A DNA stretch of 64,000 nt from Candidatus Latescibacterota bacterium. Its GTDB lineage: Bacteria; Latescibacterota; UBA2968; UBA8231. The position numbers and the translations under genes were made by a program. The stretch is taken from contig OZ244561.1 in assembly GCA_965217585.1 (NCBI GenBank), positions 4,032,001-4,096,000 on the forward strand. Direction: 5' to 3'. The notes below the pieces were generated by a model. The model had not been told where the DNA came from, did not search any database, and worked only from the letters and a program-made list of their open reading frames with translations. Below, one piece after another: positions 1 through 9,314 of the stretch (positions within the stretch are counted from its first letter, which is position 1; each line of letters starts with the position of its first letter).

Positions 1-1602
1 ACTGCCGAACGCCTTTTGGGTGCGGACGATATCGGCGATGTGATTGGCCCGGTCCCGGACGCGACCGACCGTCTTCATCAGGTCTTCGTTCCGCTTGGAG
101 AAACTTTCGGATAGCTCGATGATGAACGGCATCACCTTGCGGCCTTGCGGGTCGTTTTCGATGTAATCGCTCCAGTCGTCCTGGTGTTCTCTTACTGCCG
201 TGGCCAATGCGAAGAGACGGCGGCCGACGCGATCGTTCCCCAGATTCTGACGCACAGTCTCGATTCCCGTGGTGACGCTGTTGATGGCATTGCCGATGTT
301 GTGGAGAATGGTATCCACTACCTCCAATCGTCCCTGTGCAAATGCCTGTGCCAGCGCCTCCTCGGCGAGCATGCGCTCGGTAACGTCGCGGAAAACGATC
401 ACGCCGCCGCCATGCCCCCCTACATTCGTGCGTAGCGGTCGTCCACTGACGCTGATAAAAACTCCCTCCAGCTTTTTCTTATTGCGGAGGAACATCTCAA
501 CATCGTCGGTCTCCTCACCCCGTACGGCGCACACTAGGGGAAGCTGTGCCGTTGGCATGCGGGTTTTTTGGTCGGAATAGAAGACTCCATAGTTCCCGGC
601 CCATTGTTCGGACTTTAGATCCAGCATGCCGCCGGTGATCTGTTCGGCACTGGGATTGAAAAATGTGAATTCCCCCTCGGCGTTGGCGACCAACACGCCG
701 TCGCTGATACTGCTGAGAATAGTCTCCATGAGCAGGGCCTGGTCCTTCTGCTCGGCGATCGTCCGCTCCAGTTCGACTTCTGTATGCTGGAGCTTGGTGA
801 TGTCGCGGAAGACGAGGACACCCCCCTTCAAAGTCCCTGCTTTGCCCCGCAGTGGTCTGCCGCTGATGCTGATGTGAGCATGAACGCCTTCCGGCATTTC
901 CTCATTGTGCACCATTACCTCGAAATCGTCCGTCGCCTTGCCGTTCAAGGCCAGCGTCAGCGGACTTTCATCCTTCGCGACGAGCGCCTTCCCATCGGGC
1001 TGAAAAACGCCGTATTTCTCGGCCCATTTATCGATGTCCTGCTCCGCCGGAAGACCCTCACCGAACCCCCGCGCGACCGAATTGTGAAACACGAGTTCCC
1101 CGTTTTCATTGACGGCGACCACGCCTTCGCTCATGCTGTCGAATACGGGTTTCATCAGCCGGGTAAAATCTTTCAATTTTTTGATAATTCGCTTCAACCG
1201 CATCTCCGTCTTTCTGTGCCTGGTTTCCCTCTCGTGCATAGAGACGGCGGTTTGGATGTTCAGATGCAGTTGGCGCTCCTCAAACGGCTTCACTACGTAG
1301 CCGAATGGATTGGTTGCCTGCGCCCGTTGCAACAGGTCTTCCTCGGCCCCATCGGTCAAGTACACCACGGGAACGTCGAACCGGCTGCCGATCTGTTCGG
1401 CTGTTTCCAAGCCGGAGACTTCTCCGTCGAGTCCGAGATTGACTAGGGCGAGGTCGGGGCACTTGTGCTCCGCTTTTTCAATAGCCTCGTGCCCGCACGA
1501 AACCGCGGCACACACTGTATATCCTAGGTTTTCGAGGCATTCTTCGAGGTGCGCTGCGCTGGGTGCATCGTCTTCGACGATCAGTATCTTCGCGTGGGTC
1601 AT
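1..1602 (-). CDS. Hybrid sensor histidine kinase (REC-PAS-PAS-HisKA), runs off the left edge
   Basis: Not in the ORF track because it has no stop in the window. Manual translation from ATG at 1602 gives MTHAKILIVEDD...PDLALV...FGYVVKPF (receiver), two PAS-like repeats (DSMSEGVVAVNENG, SSISDGVLVANAEG...VFRDVTE) and H-box ILHNIGNAINS. Confidence 0.85.
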   Translation of the reverse strand, partial: MTHAKILIVEDDAPSAAHLEECLENLGYTVCAAVSCGHEAIEKAEHKCPDLALVNLGLDGEVSGLETAEQIGSRFDVPVVYLTDGAEEDLLQRAQATNPFGYVVKPFEERQLHLNIQTAVSMHERETRHRKTEMRLKRIIKKLKDFTRLMKPVFDSMSEGVVAVNENGELVFHNSVARGFGEGLPAEQDIDKWAEKYGVFQPDGKALVAKDESPLTLALNGKATDDFEVMVHNEEMPEGVHAHISISGRPLRGKAGTLKGGVLVFRDITKLQHTEVELERTIAEQKDQALLMETILSSISDGVLVANAEGEFTFFNPSAEQITGGMLDLKSEQWAGNYGVFYSDQKTRMPTAQLPLVCAVRGEETDDVEMFLRNKKKLEGVFISVSGRPLRTNVGGHGGGVIVFRDVTERMLAEEALAQAFAQGRLEVVDTILHNIGNAINSVTTGIETVRQNLGNDRVGRRLFALATAVREHQDDWSDYIENDPQGRKVMPFIIELSESFSKRNEDLMKTVGRVRDRANHIADIVRTQKAFGS

Positions 1603-1896
1603 CTTGTTTGCTTTCTTTTTGGGCTTCTGGTCGTCTTCCTTCAGGCACCCCGGTGCACCATTTGGGTGTCGTCATCCAGCTTTGCGGGGAGAGCGAGAAG
1701 ACGTTCCAATGCGACCGGATATACCAAGGGCTATATCCGGGTTTTTCAATGGTTTATTGAGCGCATTTACAGAGAAATGTTGAGAGGTTGACACATAATC
1801 TCCGCATGCAATCGCGTGCAATATGATTGTGGAAGCTGAGTTCGCGCGGATGGATTTCCTAGCGCCGGGATATCAAGACGCTAGCTGGCTTCGGTC

Positions 1897-2685
1897 CTAG
1901 GCGACCCAGTGCCTGAACAGGGGTTTGACCTCGTCGGGCAAGTTTGCAAATACCCGCTCCGGTACCAGGGGCACTGTATTCTCTGCGAGGCCGCCCGCAG
2001 TGAGCCGCTGGCGCTCGTCGGAACCCGGCCGCAGGGAGTCCAAGTTTAGCCACCAAGGGGCAAAGCGAATGGGCAGCGCCACCCGCGACTGAGCCGATTG
2101 GTTGGGGCTAATCGCATGCCACAGGCGGCTATCCATCACCAGCACTGACCCCGGCTCGCCGGAGACGGTCACCTCGTCGGGGTGCGGTTCGAGGGGTGGG
2201 ACGCCATTGTCGCCGCTGGGATTGTTGCGCTGGCGATGCGTCCCGGGGACGATCCGCGTTCCGGTTTCTGCCGTAAAGGCCGTCAGCATCCAGATCGTCG
2301 TCACGTGCAGGAGCGCGTCGGGATACGGCGCCGGCACGTGTCCGGCGTTTTGCTGATTGAACGGCCAGTCAGCGTGCCACGCGCCGCGCGCATTGCCCGG
2401 ATGCGTCACCATGCAGGTGGTGTACGAGACGCGCAGGTGCTCGCCCAAAAGCGCTTTACACAGGCCCAACAGCCGCGGCTCCGCCAGATAGGGGACAAAA
2501 GATTGATCGAAGTTGACCAGTCCCGACACCTTGTCGAGCTGGCCGCGGGAATCGGGCAGCTTGTGGGCGGCAGCCGTGGCGAGGATGCTGTCTCGCACCT
2601 GCGCCACCGCCTCGGGTGGGATCACGGCGTCGATCACGCACCAGCCATCTTCGGCGATGCGGCGCTGCATTTCGCTTTGGGTCAT
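1897..2685 (-). CDS. Phytanoyl-CoA dioxygenase (PhyH) family Fe(II)/2-oxoglutarate dioxygenase
   Basis: DGWCVIDAVI start, WHAD metal motif, IVPGTH, distal RLWHA. Confidence 0.85.
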   Translation of the reverse strand: MTQSEMQRRIAEDGWCVIDAVIPPEAVAQVRDSILATAAAHKLPDSRGQLDKVSGLVNFDQSFVPYLAEPRLLGLCKALLGEHLRVSYTTCMVTHPGNARGAWHADWPFNQQNAGHVPAPYPDALLHVTTIWMLTAFTAETGTRIVPGTHRQRNNPSGDNGVPPLEPHPDEVTVSGEPGSVLVMDSRLWHAISPNQSAQSRVALPIRFAPWWLNLDSLRPGSDERQRLTAGGLAENTVPLVPERVFANLPDEVKPLFRHWVA

Positions 2686-4268
2686 TCGTCCACCTCAAAC
2701 GCAAAGAGCTTGGCACAGCGCAGGCGCAAGCGCAACATGAAGGACTGTCTCTGCTCCAATTGTATGCGGTCCCCACCGCGCCACGCCACCCGGTGATGCG
2801 AGGAATCGCCTAAAATCGGCACAGCGTCGTCAAAAGTGTGACCGGGCAGGGCGCGACCTTGGTGATCGGCAGCTTCCACCAGAACATGGCCGGCGGCCTT
2901 AACCGCGGCATTGAGTCTCACGCGCCGGCCGGTTGCGACCATCGGCAAAGTAGTAAAGCTGCCATCCTGTTCCGCCTCCAACGCAGCTAGGCGCTCGGCC
3001 GGCCACACGGCATAACCGCGATCGTGGCGAAAGGTGTGCGGGTTGCGCGGATATTTGTGCGGGTTGCGGTAGCCGCCATAGGGCAGCGCCACCCGATCGG
3101 CACCGAGCGGGATCAGGTCCGTACCGCCAAAGACACATCCCTCGTCCCAAGCACCTGCATCCCCGGACGGCACGGACGGCGGCCCCGGCACTTCCGACCA
3201 GACGATTCCGTCCGGACTCGAAAAAAGCCGCAATTCCGAGGTGTCGTCCATGTGGTGATAGAGCGCGGGAAACATTAGATGCTGATCGACCGTGCCGGGA
3301 TAGAGGGTTTTGGAGTTGGTGTACCAATCGTCGGCCGGATGATGGTGAAGACCGGGCCACACCAACAGATCGGGCAGGGGCCAGCGACGGAAGTCCGGGG
3401 TCTCAGCCCGGCCGATACAGCGACGGCCGTACGCGCTGCAGCGGGCGTACCAGACGTAGCGCCGCAGTCGCTCGTCGTAGTAAACCACGTTGGTCGTGTC
3501 GGAGTAGTGGATGACCAAAGGCCCTGGCAGCACCGTCCAGTGCACGCCGTCCGGCGACGTGGCCCCCCACATGCCGGACAGGTGGTGGCGGAAATCACCG
3601 CCTAGGGGATGGATGTCGTCGGGGCGCTCGCGGGCGAAATGTTCAACGATTTGTCGCCGGGCCTCGCCGTCTGTGGGGACGCCGCAGCGGAAGAACATTT
3701 TGTAGCTTTCCTCCGCGGGCGCAGAGGGATCGAAAAATATTTCCGCGCGCTCGTGGCCGGCGGCCTCGGGTGCGGCGCTCCAATCAAAATGGCATTCGCG
3801 TTCGCCACCGTACTCGTACCCATCGCTGGATTCGGCGTACCACATCGGACGGGTGGCCTCGCCGGTGCCGCGATCAAACCAAGTCTGGTACAGCCCATCG
3901 CGGTAAATAATCCTGCGCCCGGGGGGCGCACCTACTGGTAATGGTCCTTCCCGCTGCGCCGTGGTCGCGACGATGCGGATACCGCTAGGCACGTCGCTGG
4001 GCACGAAGCGCGCACTGATGGGTCGATCCCGCCGATCCACATCGTCCCATAGACGCAACGGTATGGGAGTGCCGTCCGGTTCGGCCCAATAGGGGCCCAT
4101 CGCGCCGACCTCGCCGGGCAGCACGTGGCGCCAATCGGTGAACAACTGCGGTCCAGGCTCCAGCGCTAGATGGTCGCCCTCCAGCCAAGGATGGCCGCTG
4201 CGCCGGGCCGCGACTTGGGCTTTTATGCCGAGTTCGATGTCCATGTGGTGTGACTCCAATTGGGCCAT
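2682..4268 (-). CDS. Hypothetical beta-propeller glycoside-hydrolase-like protein
   Basis: 528 aa ORF with repeated SxDGxxW/BNR-like motifs (ESSDGYEY, TSPDGVHW, ETPDFRRW, SSPDGIVW); overlaps the start of the downstream gene by 4 nt. Confidence 0.6.
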   Translation of the reverse strand: MAQLESHHMDIELGIKAQVAARRSGHPWLEGDHLALEPGPQLFTDWRHVLPGEVGAMGPYWAEPDGTPIPLRLWDDVDRRDRPISARFVPSDVPSGIRIVATTAQREGPLPVGAPPGRRIIYRDGLYQTWFDRGTGEATRPMWYAESSDGYEYGGERECHFDWSAAPEAAGHERAEIFFDPSAPAEESYKMFFRCGVPTDGEARRQIVEHFARERPDDIHPLGGDFRHHLSGMWGATSPDGVHWTVLPGPLVIHYSDTTNVVYYDERLRRYVWYARCSAYGRRCIGRAETPDFRRWPLPDLLVWPGLHHHPADDWYTNSKTLYPGTVDQHLMFPALYHHMDDTSELRLFSSPDGIVWSEVPGPPSVPSGDAGAWDEGCVFGGTDLIPLGADRVALPYGGYRNPHKYPRNPHTFRHDRGYAVWPAERLAALEAEQDGSFTTLPMVATGRRVRLNAAVKAAGHVLVEAADHQGRALPGHTFDDAVPILGDSSHHRVAWRGGDRIQLEQRQSFMLRLRLRCAKLFAFEVDE

Positions 4269-4745
4269 GTGCGCGTCAATTCAATGGTTAGCCGCCCGGC
4301 ACTTCCCACTTTTCCCTTTCCCACTGCTTTTGCCCGATCCGCTCGACGTATTCCTCCCCCTTGTGCTCGGTCAGCCAGCCCTTGAGGGGAACGTCCTCAT
4401 CTGTCGGCTGCCACCAGCCTTTGACGTCCACCCCATCGCCGAGCAATTGCCGGCGTATTGGACTGCACTTGGCGAGAATCTCATCGGGCATCAGGTTGTA
4501 GTCGAGGCCGCGCAGCCAGCGATAGCTATACCCCAAAAACAACACTTTCCGGGTCGTCTCCGAGGTGTTAATCCCGCGCGCATGCCACATCCGTCGGTCG
4601 AACAACACGGCCGTGCCCGCCTTCACCTGAACCTGCATTGCATCGGCAAAATCGGGCGGATGATCCCCCTTGTGGCTTTCGGGGACAATCCTGATCCCCC
4701 CTCTCTCTGGCTCGCTGATGTCGGTCAGCCAGAATCCGACCTTTA

Positions 4746-5602
4746 GAAGCTGTTGAGTTAAAAGCTATTTTGTATGTTATTTGTCTCAATGGCTCTTTTC
4801 GATAGGAGGCTTGTGTTATGCCTGGGTATCCCAGTGACGTGACCGATGCAGAATGGGTTTTGCTGGCTCCTTTCTTTGCTCGCCCTGACCCTCGGGGCAA
4901 CCCCGGCAAGTATGCCAAACGCGAGGTGGTCAATGCCATTTTATATGTCGTCAAAGGGGGTATTCCGTGGCGGATGCTGCCGCTTGATTTTCCCCCCTGG
5001 GATACCGTCTATGACCATTACCGACGCTGGAATCAGCGTGGCGTGTGGGAACAAGCCCTGGACGCGCTGAATGAGCGCGCCCGTCACAAGCAGGGCAAAA
5101 ACGAGCATCCGACCTATGCCTTGATCGATTCGCAATCGGTTAAAACCCAATATGCCAGTCAGGATCGAGGCGTGGATGGGGGAAAAAAAGATCAAAGGAC
5201 GTAAACGCCACCTCGCCACCGATACGCTGGGTAATATGCTGACCGTCCAAGTACATGCCGCCAATGTGGCCGATACTAGCCAAGGATGGGACGTATGTGA
5301 TCGGGTCGCGGAAAAGTATGATTCGGTCGAAGCCTTCTGCGGCGACCAAGGCTATCGCGGTACCACCGTTGAATTCGTTGAAAACCTGTTGGGGTTGCGA
5401 CTCGATATAGCGGATAAACCAACCCAAGGGTTTCAAGTGGTGCCCAAACGCTGGATCATCGAACGAACCTTGGCTTGGTTGGGTGGATTTCGACGCTTGG
5501 CCAAAGACTTCGAAATCCTCACCCAATCCGCAGAGAACATGATTCGTATTGCCATGATAAAGATTACGGTCGCTAAATGCATCTGAATAACTCAACAGCT
5601 TC
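4746..5602 (+). mobile_element. IS5-family insertion sequence (IS1031-like), 857 bp
   Basis: Perfect 15 bp terminal inverted repeats GAAGCTGTTGAGTTA (4746-4760) and TAACTCAACAGCTTC (5588-5602), with a TTA target duplication at 4743-4745 and 5603-5605. Confidence 0.93.
4818..5586 (+). CDS. IS5-family DDE transposase split over two frames (4818-5204 and about 5183-5586)
   Basis: YPSDVTDAEW, IDSQSVK, KKIKGRKRH..DTLG, GDQGY and KRWIIERTLAWL motifs; the frame changes at GGAAAAAAAG (5181-5190). Confidence 0.88.
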
Positions 5603-6036
5603 TTAGCGATAACCTCGGTTGGGGACGCTCCATTTCGGGAACTGGCCGGCCGCCGTCTTGGTGCCATCCTCCCGGCTTCAGATTGATGCTACTCTTGGAT
5701 TCGGGCGGGTAGTAGATCAAATGCGAGATATAGTGCTGGACGTTCCAGCCGAGAATATCCCAAATCAGCGGAAACGTCTTGGGCCAATCGAGCAGTTCGA
5801 GAAAAACATCATTCTCGACAATAGTCCTGAACTTCGACACCAGGGCATTGGGGGCCAAGCCACGCGCCGCCCTTTCCTCGGCATCGACGCGATCGCCGGC
5901 CTCCAGCAGCCTGCCCAGCATGTCGTCGTCGAGCGCATCCTCGACAATCAAGTATCCCTGCTGCTCAAAATGGTCGCGCTGTGCATCGGTCATGCAGTAC
6001 TGCAAGCAGCTTGGGTCCATGCGCTCTACCTCTCTG

Positions 6037-6078
6037 AAGTTTACGGATGATAGGTCGGCTGAGGACCTCATCCAACAT
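6037..6078 (-). pseudogene. 5' stub of a HEPN toxin gene
   Basis: Reads MLDEVLSRPIIRKL versus MLDEALRRLIVREL at 8576, with the same overlap to the upstream MNT gene; similarity then stops. Confidence 0.7.
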
Positions 6079-6370
6079 GCACGAGTTGATCTTCTTGCTC
6101 TAGGAATTCAGCGACTCGGATCTCAATATCTAGATCAACCAAGTTCACTGGATGGGAGAGTTCATCCATCAATCGACCTAGCAGACGATAGAAGCACTCA
6201 GGTGGACAGCCACGGACACCTATATCCAGATCGGACCGCGGCCGATGCCGTCCGGCTGCGACCGAGCCAAATATAAACACGTCTCGGCATCCCTCTGCCT
6301 TGCAGATCTCCACTGCCCGAACTACATCAGCGCGGTACTCATCGGGAATTGCTGTCCCCGACACGGGCAT
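6068..6370 (-). CDS. Minimal nucleotidyltransferase (MNT/MntA-like antitoxin), copy 1
   Basis: IFGSVA...SDLDIGV and NLVDLD motifs; close paralog of 8566-8868. Confidence 0.88.
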   Translation of the reverse strand: MPVSGTAIPDEYRADVVRAVEICKAEGCRDVFIFGSVAAGRHRPRSDLDIGVRGCPPECFYRLLGRLMDELSHPVNLVDLDIEIRVAEFLEQEDQLVHVG

Positions 6371-6394
6371 ATCAGACGTACGGGACAGGGGCTG

Positions 6395-7102
6395 TTATTC
6401 TGCCTCTAGGACTTCCGGATCCAATTGATACCAAAGTACCGCTCCAGAGTCGATATAGTCCTGTATCCGGTCATCTCGGTACAGACCAGCGACAGCGGCA
6501 TAGGAGCGCTTACTCGTGAACCGCGTCAAAAATTCGGCGTTGCGGAGAACCCGAGTGGTGTCCCGCCCATTGGCGGTAAAGGAGATTTCCACGGCGATGT
6601 AGCAAGTTCCACCGTCCGGATCAGTGGCCTCCATAATCAGATCAGCGCGGCGAAAACTCCTCAGTTCGTTTGCAGGAATATCCGACGTGTCGGCGAGGTC
6701 GGTCAGTGCCCATAGATCGTTCTGGGTGAGATTTTTCGTCCGCTGGAGGCCCATGTCCCTAGCAATCGTGGTGGCCTCTCTGAGTGCAGCACTCCGGGCG
6801 TGGGCACCTTTGAGTATACCTACATCATCCTGGATGGACTTCACTCTGGTTTCGAGCGTATCAAAGTGCTGGTTGGTGGTCTCTATGGACTGGTCAAGGC
6901 GCTGTTCAAGGCCATCAAAGCGCTGGTTCGTAGCCTCGACGAACTTGTTCACCTCCGCGACGAATTGGGTGAACCTTTCGGGGAGTTCGATCAGTTCGCG
7001 CGTCAACAGCCGGGCACGCATGGCTTCGGCCCACTGGGGATTTTCGTCCAAGACCTGCATCAGGTCTTCTATAGTGTGGATGGTGTTCATACCTTTCCCC
7101 AC
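6395..7102 (-). CDS. Hypothetical protein with N-terminal coiled coil and C-terminal PD-(D/E)XK-like domain
   Basis: Heptad-like repeats (TNQRFDGLE/TNQHFDTLE) followed by RADLIM...IAVEIS; the nuclease-fold call is by resemblance only. Confidence 0.6.
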   Translation of the reverse strand: MGKGMNTIHTIEDLMQVLDENPQWAEAMRARLLTRELIELPERFTQFVAEVNKFVEATNQRFDGLEQRLDQSIETTNQHFDTLETRVKSIQDDVGILKGAHARSAALREATTIARDMGLQRTKNLTQNDLWALTDLADTSDIPANELRSFRRADLIMEATDPDGGTCYIAVEISFTANGRDTTRVLRNAEFLTRFTSKRSYAAVAGLYRDDRIQDYIDSGAVLWYQLDPEVLEAE

Positions 7103-7259
7103 ATTGCTGTTTTATCAATCGTCCAATCAGCGGAGCACTTCTGTTGTCGCAAGTCTATTAAATCGAAAAGATCATTTTCATTAACTATCAGCCACTTCAA
7201 CGAGAGTAGCAATTAGATCTAGTAGTTACAAGGATTTTTTATGATCGGTCCGAGCGCCC

Positions 7260-7958
7260 CTACCTCCCCCATTCCTCTTCCGGCACCTCCGAATAATCCT
7301 GCGGCTCATACCCAATCGCCCTTTTGCCGTGCTCGACATCGTAGAGCGGCCAGTTGCTGCCCGACACCCCAAAGACGATTTCAAACTTTACGCCCGGATG
7401 AATCAGCGCCTGCTCAAAAACCCGCACGCAATCGCCATGGCTGAGATGGTGCGGGTGTTCGGGCTGGTCGCGTTCGAGGTTGAAATTGCCAATGCGCACG
7501 CAGACAAATTCCATGTCGTGCTGATGGGCAAAAGAGTGGGCCAGGGCCTCGGCGAAGACCTTGCTAACCGTGTAGATGCCCACCGGGGTGGTAGTCATCT
7601 CGACCGTGCGGCGGATGCTGCGCGGATAGAGGGTTAAGACCCCGGCGCGGCTGGCATAGGCGATGCGCTTGACGCCGTTTTGGCGCGCGGCCTCAAACAC
7701 GTTGTACGTGCCGATAAAGTTGCTCTGCAGCATGGTCTCCCACTCGTTGCCGCCGGGCAGACCGCCAATATGGGCGACGGCATCCACGCCGCGAGTGGCT
7801 TCTAACATAGAGTCGAAGTCGGTGAGATCGGAGACAACCGTATCCGTGAGGTCGGGCATGGGCACGCGGTCGTGGCCGCGCACCTCGTGGCGCGCTTGCA
7901 GGCCGCGGGCTACGGTAGAGCCGACGCGGCCAGCCGCGCCGGTTACGAGTACGCGCAT
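7260..7958 (-). CDS. NAD(P)-dependent epimerase/dehydratase (uronate-dehydrogenase-like extended SDR), copy 1
   Basis: TGAAGRVG Rossmann motif and YTVSK catalytic motif; 13 of 232 residues differ from 20251-20949. Confidence 0.88.
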   Translation of the reverse strand: MRVLVTGAAGRVGSTVARGLQARHEVRGHDRVPMPDLTDTVVSDLTDFDSMLEATRGVDAVAHIGGLPGGNEWETMLQSNFIGTYNVFEAARQNGVKRIAYASRAGVLTLYPRSIRRTVEMTTTPVGIYTVSKVFAEALAHSFAHQHDMEFVCVRIGNFNLERDQPEHPHHLSHGDCVRVFEQALIHPGVKFEIVFGVSGSNWPLYDVEHGKRAIGYEPQDYSEVPEEEWGR

Positions 7959-7973
7959 GGTACGTTCCTTTCT

Positions 7974-8111
7974 TTAAGCTCGGTGCAGGGTGATAATCGG
8001 GGCCTCGGGCGGGCAGCCGAAGCGGAAGGGCAGCCAGTACCCAACTCCGGCCGTGGTGTAGAGTTGGGTGGTTCCCTTTTCGTAGTGCCCCCAGATATAG
8101 CGCTCGGGAAA
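7974..8111 (-). pseudogene. Orphan 3' fragment of the metallophosphoesterase gene
   Basis: FPERYIWGHYEKGTTQLYTTAGVGYWLPFRFGCPPEAPIITLHRA matches the C-terminus of 20965-22215; no matching 5' part upstream. Confidence 0.88.
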
Positions 8112-8115
8112 GTCT

Positions 8116-8576
8116 TCAAGCCGACTCCTGTTGCACGAACTGCAAAATCTCTGAGCGGACGATATTCCATGTCTGCGAGGTGTCAGCGACCAATTGGGCC
8201 ATACCATCCCAGATGAGATGATGCGCATACGCGTGACGGGAGCGATGACGGAAGGCAAGGTAGTCGCGCAGACGCTGCCGGGAGTCCTCTGAGATTACAG
8301 CCGGCCGGCTCTCTGTCTGGCGAGCGACCTGATTTAGCAACTCGATATGCCACCGCTCGCCTTCAGGTTGTCTTAGTCGACCTCCTTGGCGATGCGTTCA
8401 AGAATTCGCTCGAGGCCGGTATAGAACGATTCGAGAACTGCCGACAGGGCGGCTAGGCGCTCAAAGGATGGCTCCGCATCGACTGGGGTCCCTAGCAATG
8501 GAGAGGAATTGCTGAGTAGAGTATCGATCTCTTCGAGTTCACGGACGATGAGTCGTCTGAGGGCCTCATCCAACAT
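8116..8576 (-). pseudogene. HEPN (HepT-like) RNase toxin, frameshifted
   Basis: N-half (LESFYTGLERILERIAKEVD*) and C-half (RQPEGERWHIELL...FRHRSRHAY) lie in different frames, with the break at about 8373; RHxxxH catalytic motif; lies directly after MNT. Confidence 0.85.
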
Positions 8577-8868
8577 GCACGAGTTGCCCCTCTTGTTCTA
8601 GGAACTCAGCGACTCGGATTTCAATATCTAGATCAACCAAGTCCACGGGATGGGTAAGTTCATCCATTAACCGACCTAGCAACCGATAGAAGTGCTTGGT
8701 CGGACAGCCACGGACAGCTATATCCAGATCAGACCGTGGCCGATTACGTCCGGCTGCGACCGAGCCAAATATAAACACGTCTCGGCATCCTTCTGCCTTG
8801 CAAATTTCCACCGCCCGAGCTACATCAGCGCGGTACTCATCGGGAATTGCTGACGCCGACACTGGCAT
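8566..8868 (-). CDS. Minimal nucleotidyltransferase (MNT/MntA-like antitoxin), copy 2
   Basis: IFGSVA...SDLDIAV...VDLVDLD; start at 8868 chosen by alignment with copy 1. Confidence 0.88.
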   Translation of the reverse strand: MPVSASAIPDEYRADVARAVEICKAEGCRDVFIFGSVAAGRNRPRSDLDIAVRGCPTKHFYRLLGRLMDELTHPVDLVDLDIEIRVAEFLEQEGQLVHVG

Positions 8869-8927
8869 ATCAAACCTCTTTTTTATTTTCGCCACGAGCC
8901 AGTAGTCATTGCTCTTGGCTTAATCCA

Positions 8928-9314
8928 TCAGACTGCTTGGATGGGACCGGGATAGCCAGCCACCTTGTTGTCCGTGGTAAGCAGCGTGACGCTTTCGACC
9001 TGTGCTTGCGCTATGAGTATGCGGTCGAAGGGGTCCTTGTGGATCGGCGGCAGAGACCCGACAGCGAGCGCGTGTTCGGCTCGAATCCCAAGTTCACTGT
9101 AGTCGTTTTGTATCAGGCCATTCCGCAACTGCTGCGGGTCAACGCAAAAGTCGCTTCTGCCGAGTGCGTTCTTGATGACGACCTCCCAAATACTTGCGAT
9201 GCTGAACATCAACTCCGTGGCGGGGTCACCGAGCAGGTTCTGAGCTTTTGATGACAGCCGTCTTGGGTCGCCTGCCGCCCATAGCAATAGATGGGTATCC
9301 AGTAATAAAGTCAC
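8928..9314 (-). CDS. vapC: PIN-domain VapC-family toxin
   Basis: LLLDTHLLLW, ASIWEVVIK, HKDPFDRILIAQA and LLTTD show the conserved acidic PIN residues; the GTG start overlaps the druE stop (GTGA). Confidence 0.92.
   Translation of the reverse strand: MTLLLDTHLLLWAAGDPRRLSSKAQNLLGDPATELMFSIASIWEVVIKNALGRSDFCVDPQQLRNGLIQNDYSELGIRAEHALAVGSLPPIHKDPFDRILIAQAQVESVTLLTTDNKVAGYPGPIQAV

Larger units (their letters stand above)
4288..6020 (-). pseudogene. PhyH-family dioxygenase interrupted by an IS5-family element
   Basis: The 5' part (MDPSCLQY...WHQDGG...PRLSL) and 3' part (KVGFWLTD...FDRRMWHAR) join in frame into a 290 aa ORF when 4746-5602 and one TTA copy are removed. Confidence 0.9.
7258..8111. 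repeat. About 850 bp imperfect direct repeat, copy 1 (epimerase gene plus 3' end of the metallophosphoesterase)
   Basis: Colinear with 20249-21102 from CCCTACCTCCCCC to CGCTCGGGAAA; differences are mostly synonymous. Confidence 0.93.

Noticed and set aside
1715-1746. Inverted repeat CCGGATATA-N8-TATATCCGG followed by GTTTTT
   Set aside because: Terminator-like on the plus strand, but there is no credible plus-strand gene upstream; it could be an operator, with no further support.
145-1791. Several plus-strand ORFs (e.g. 784-1446, 1310-1783)
   Set aside because: Antisense shadows of the minus-strand histidine kinase that runs off the window edge.
7974-8258. 94 aa ORF as a real gene
   Set aside because: A chimeric frame: off-frame HEPN sequence joined to the duplicated phosphoesterase 3' end.
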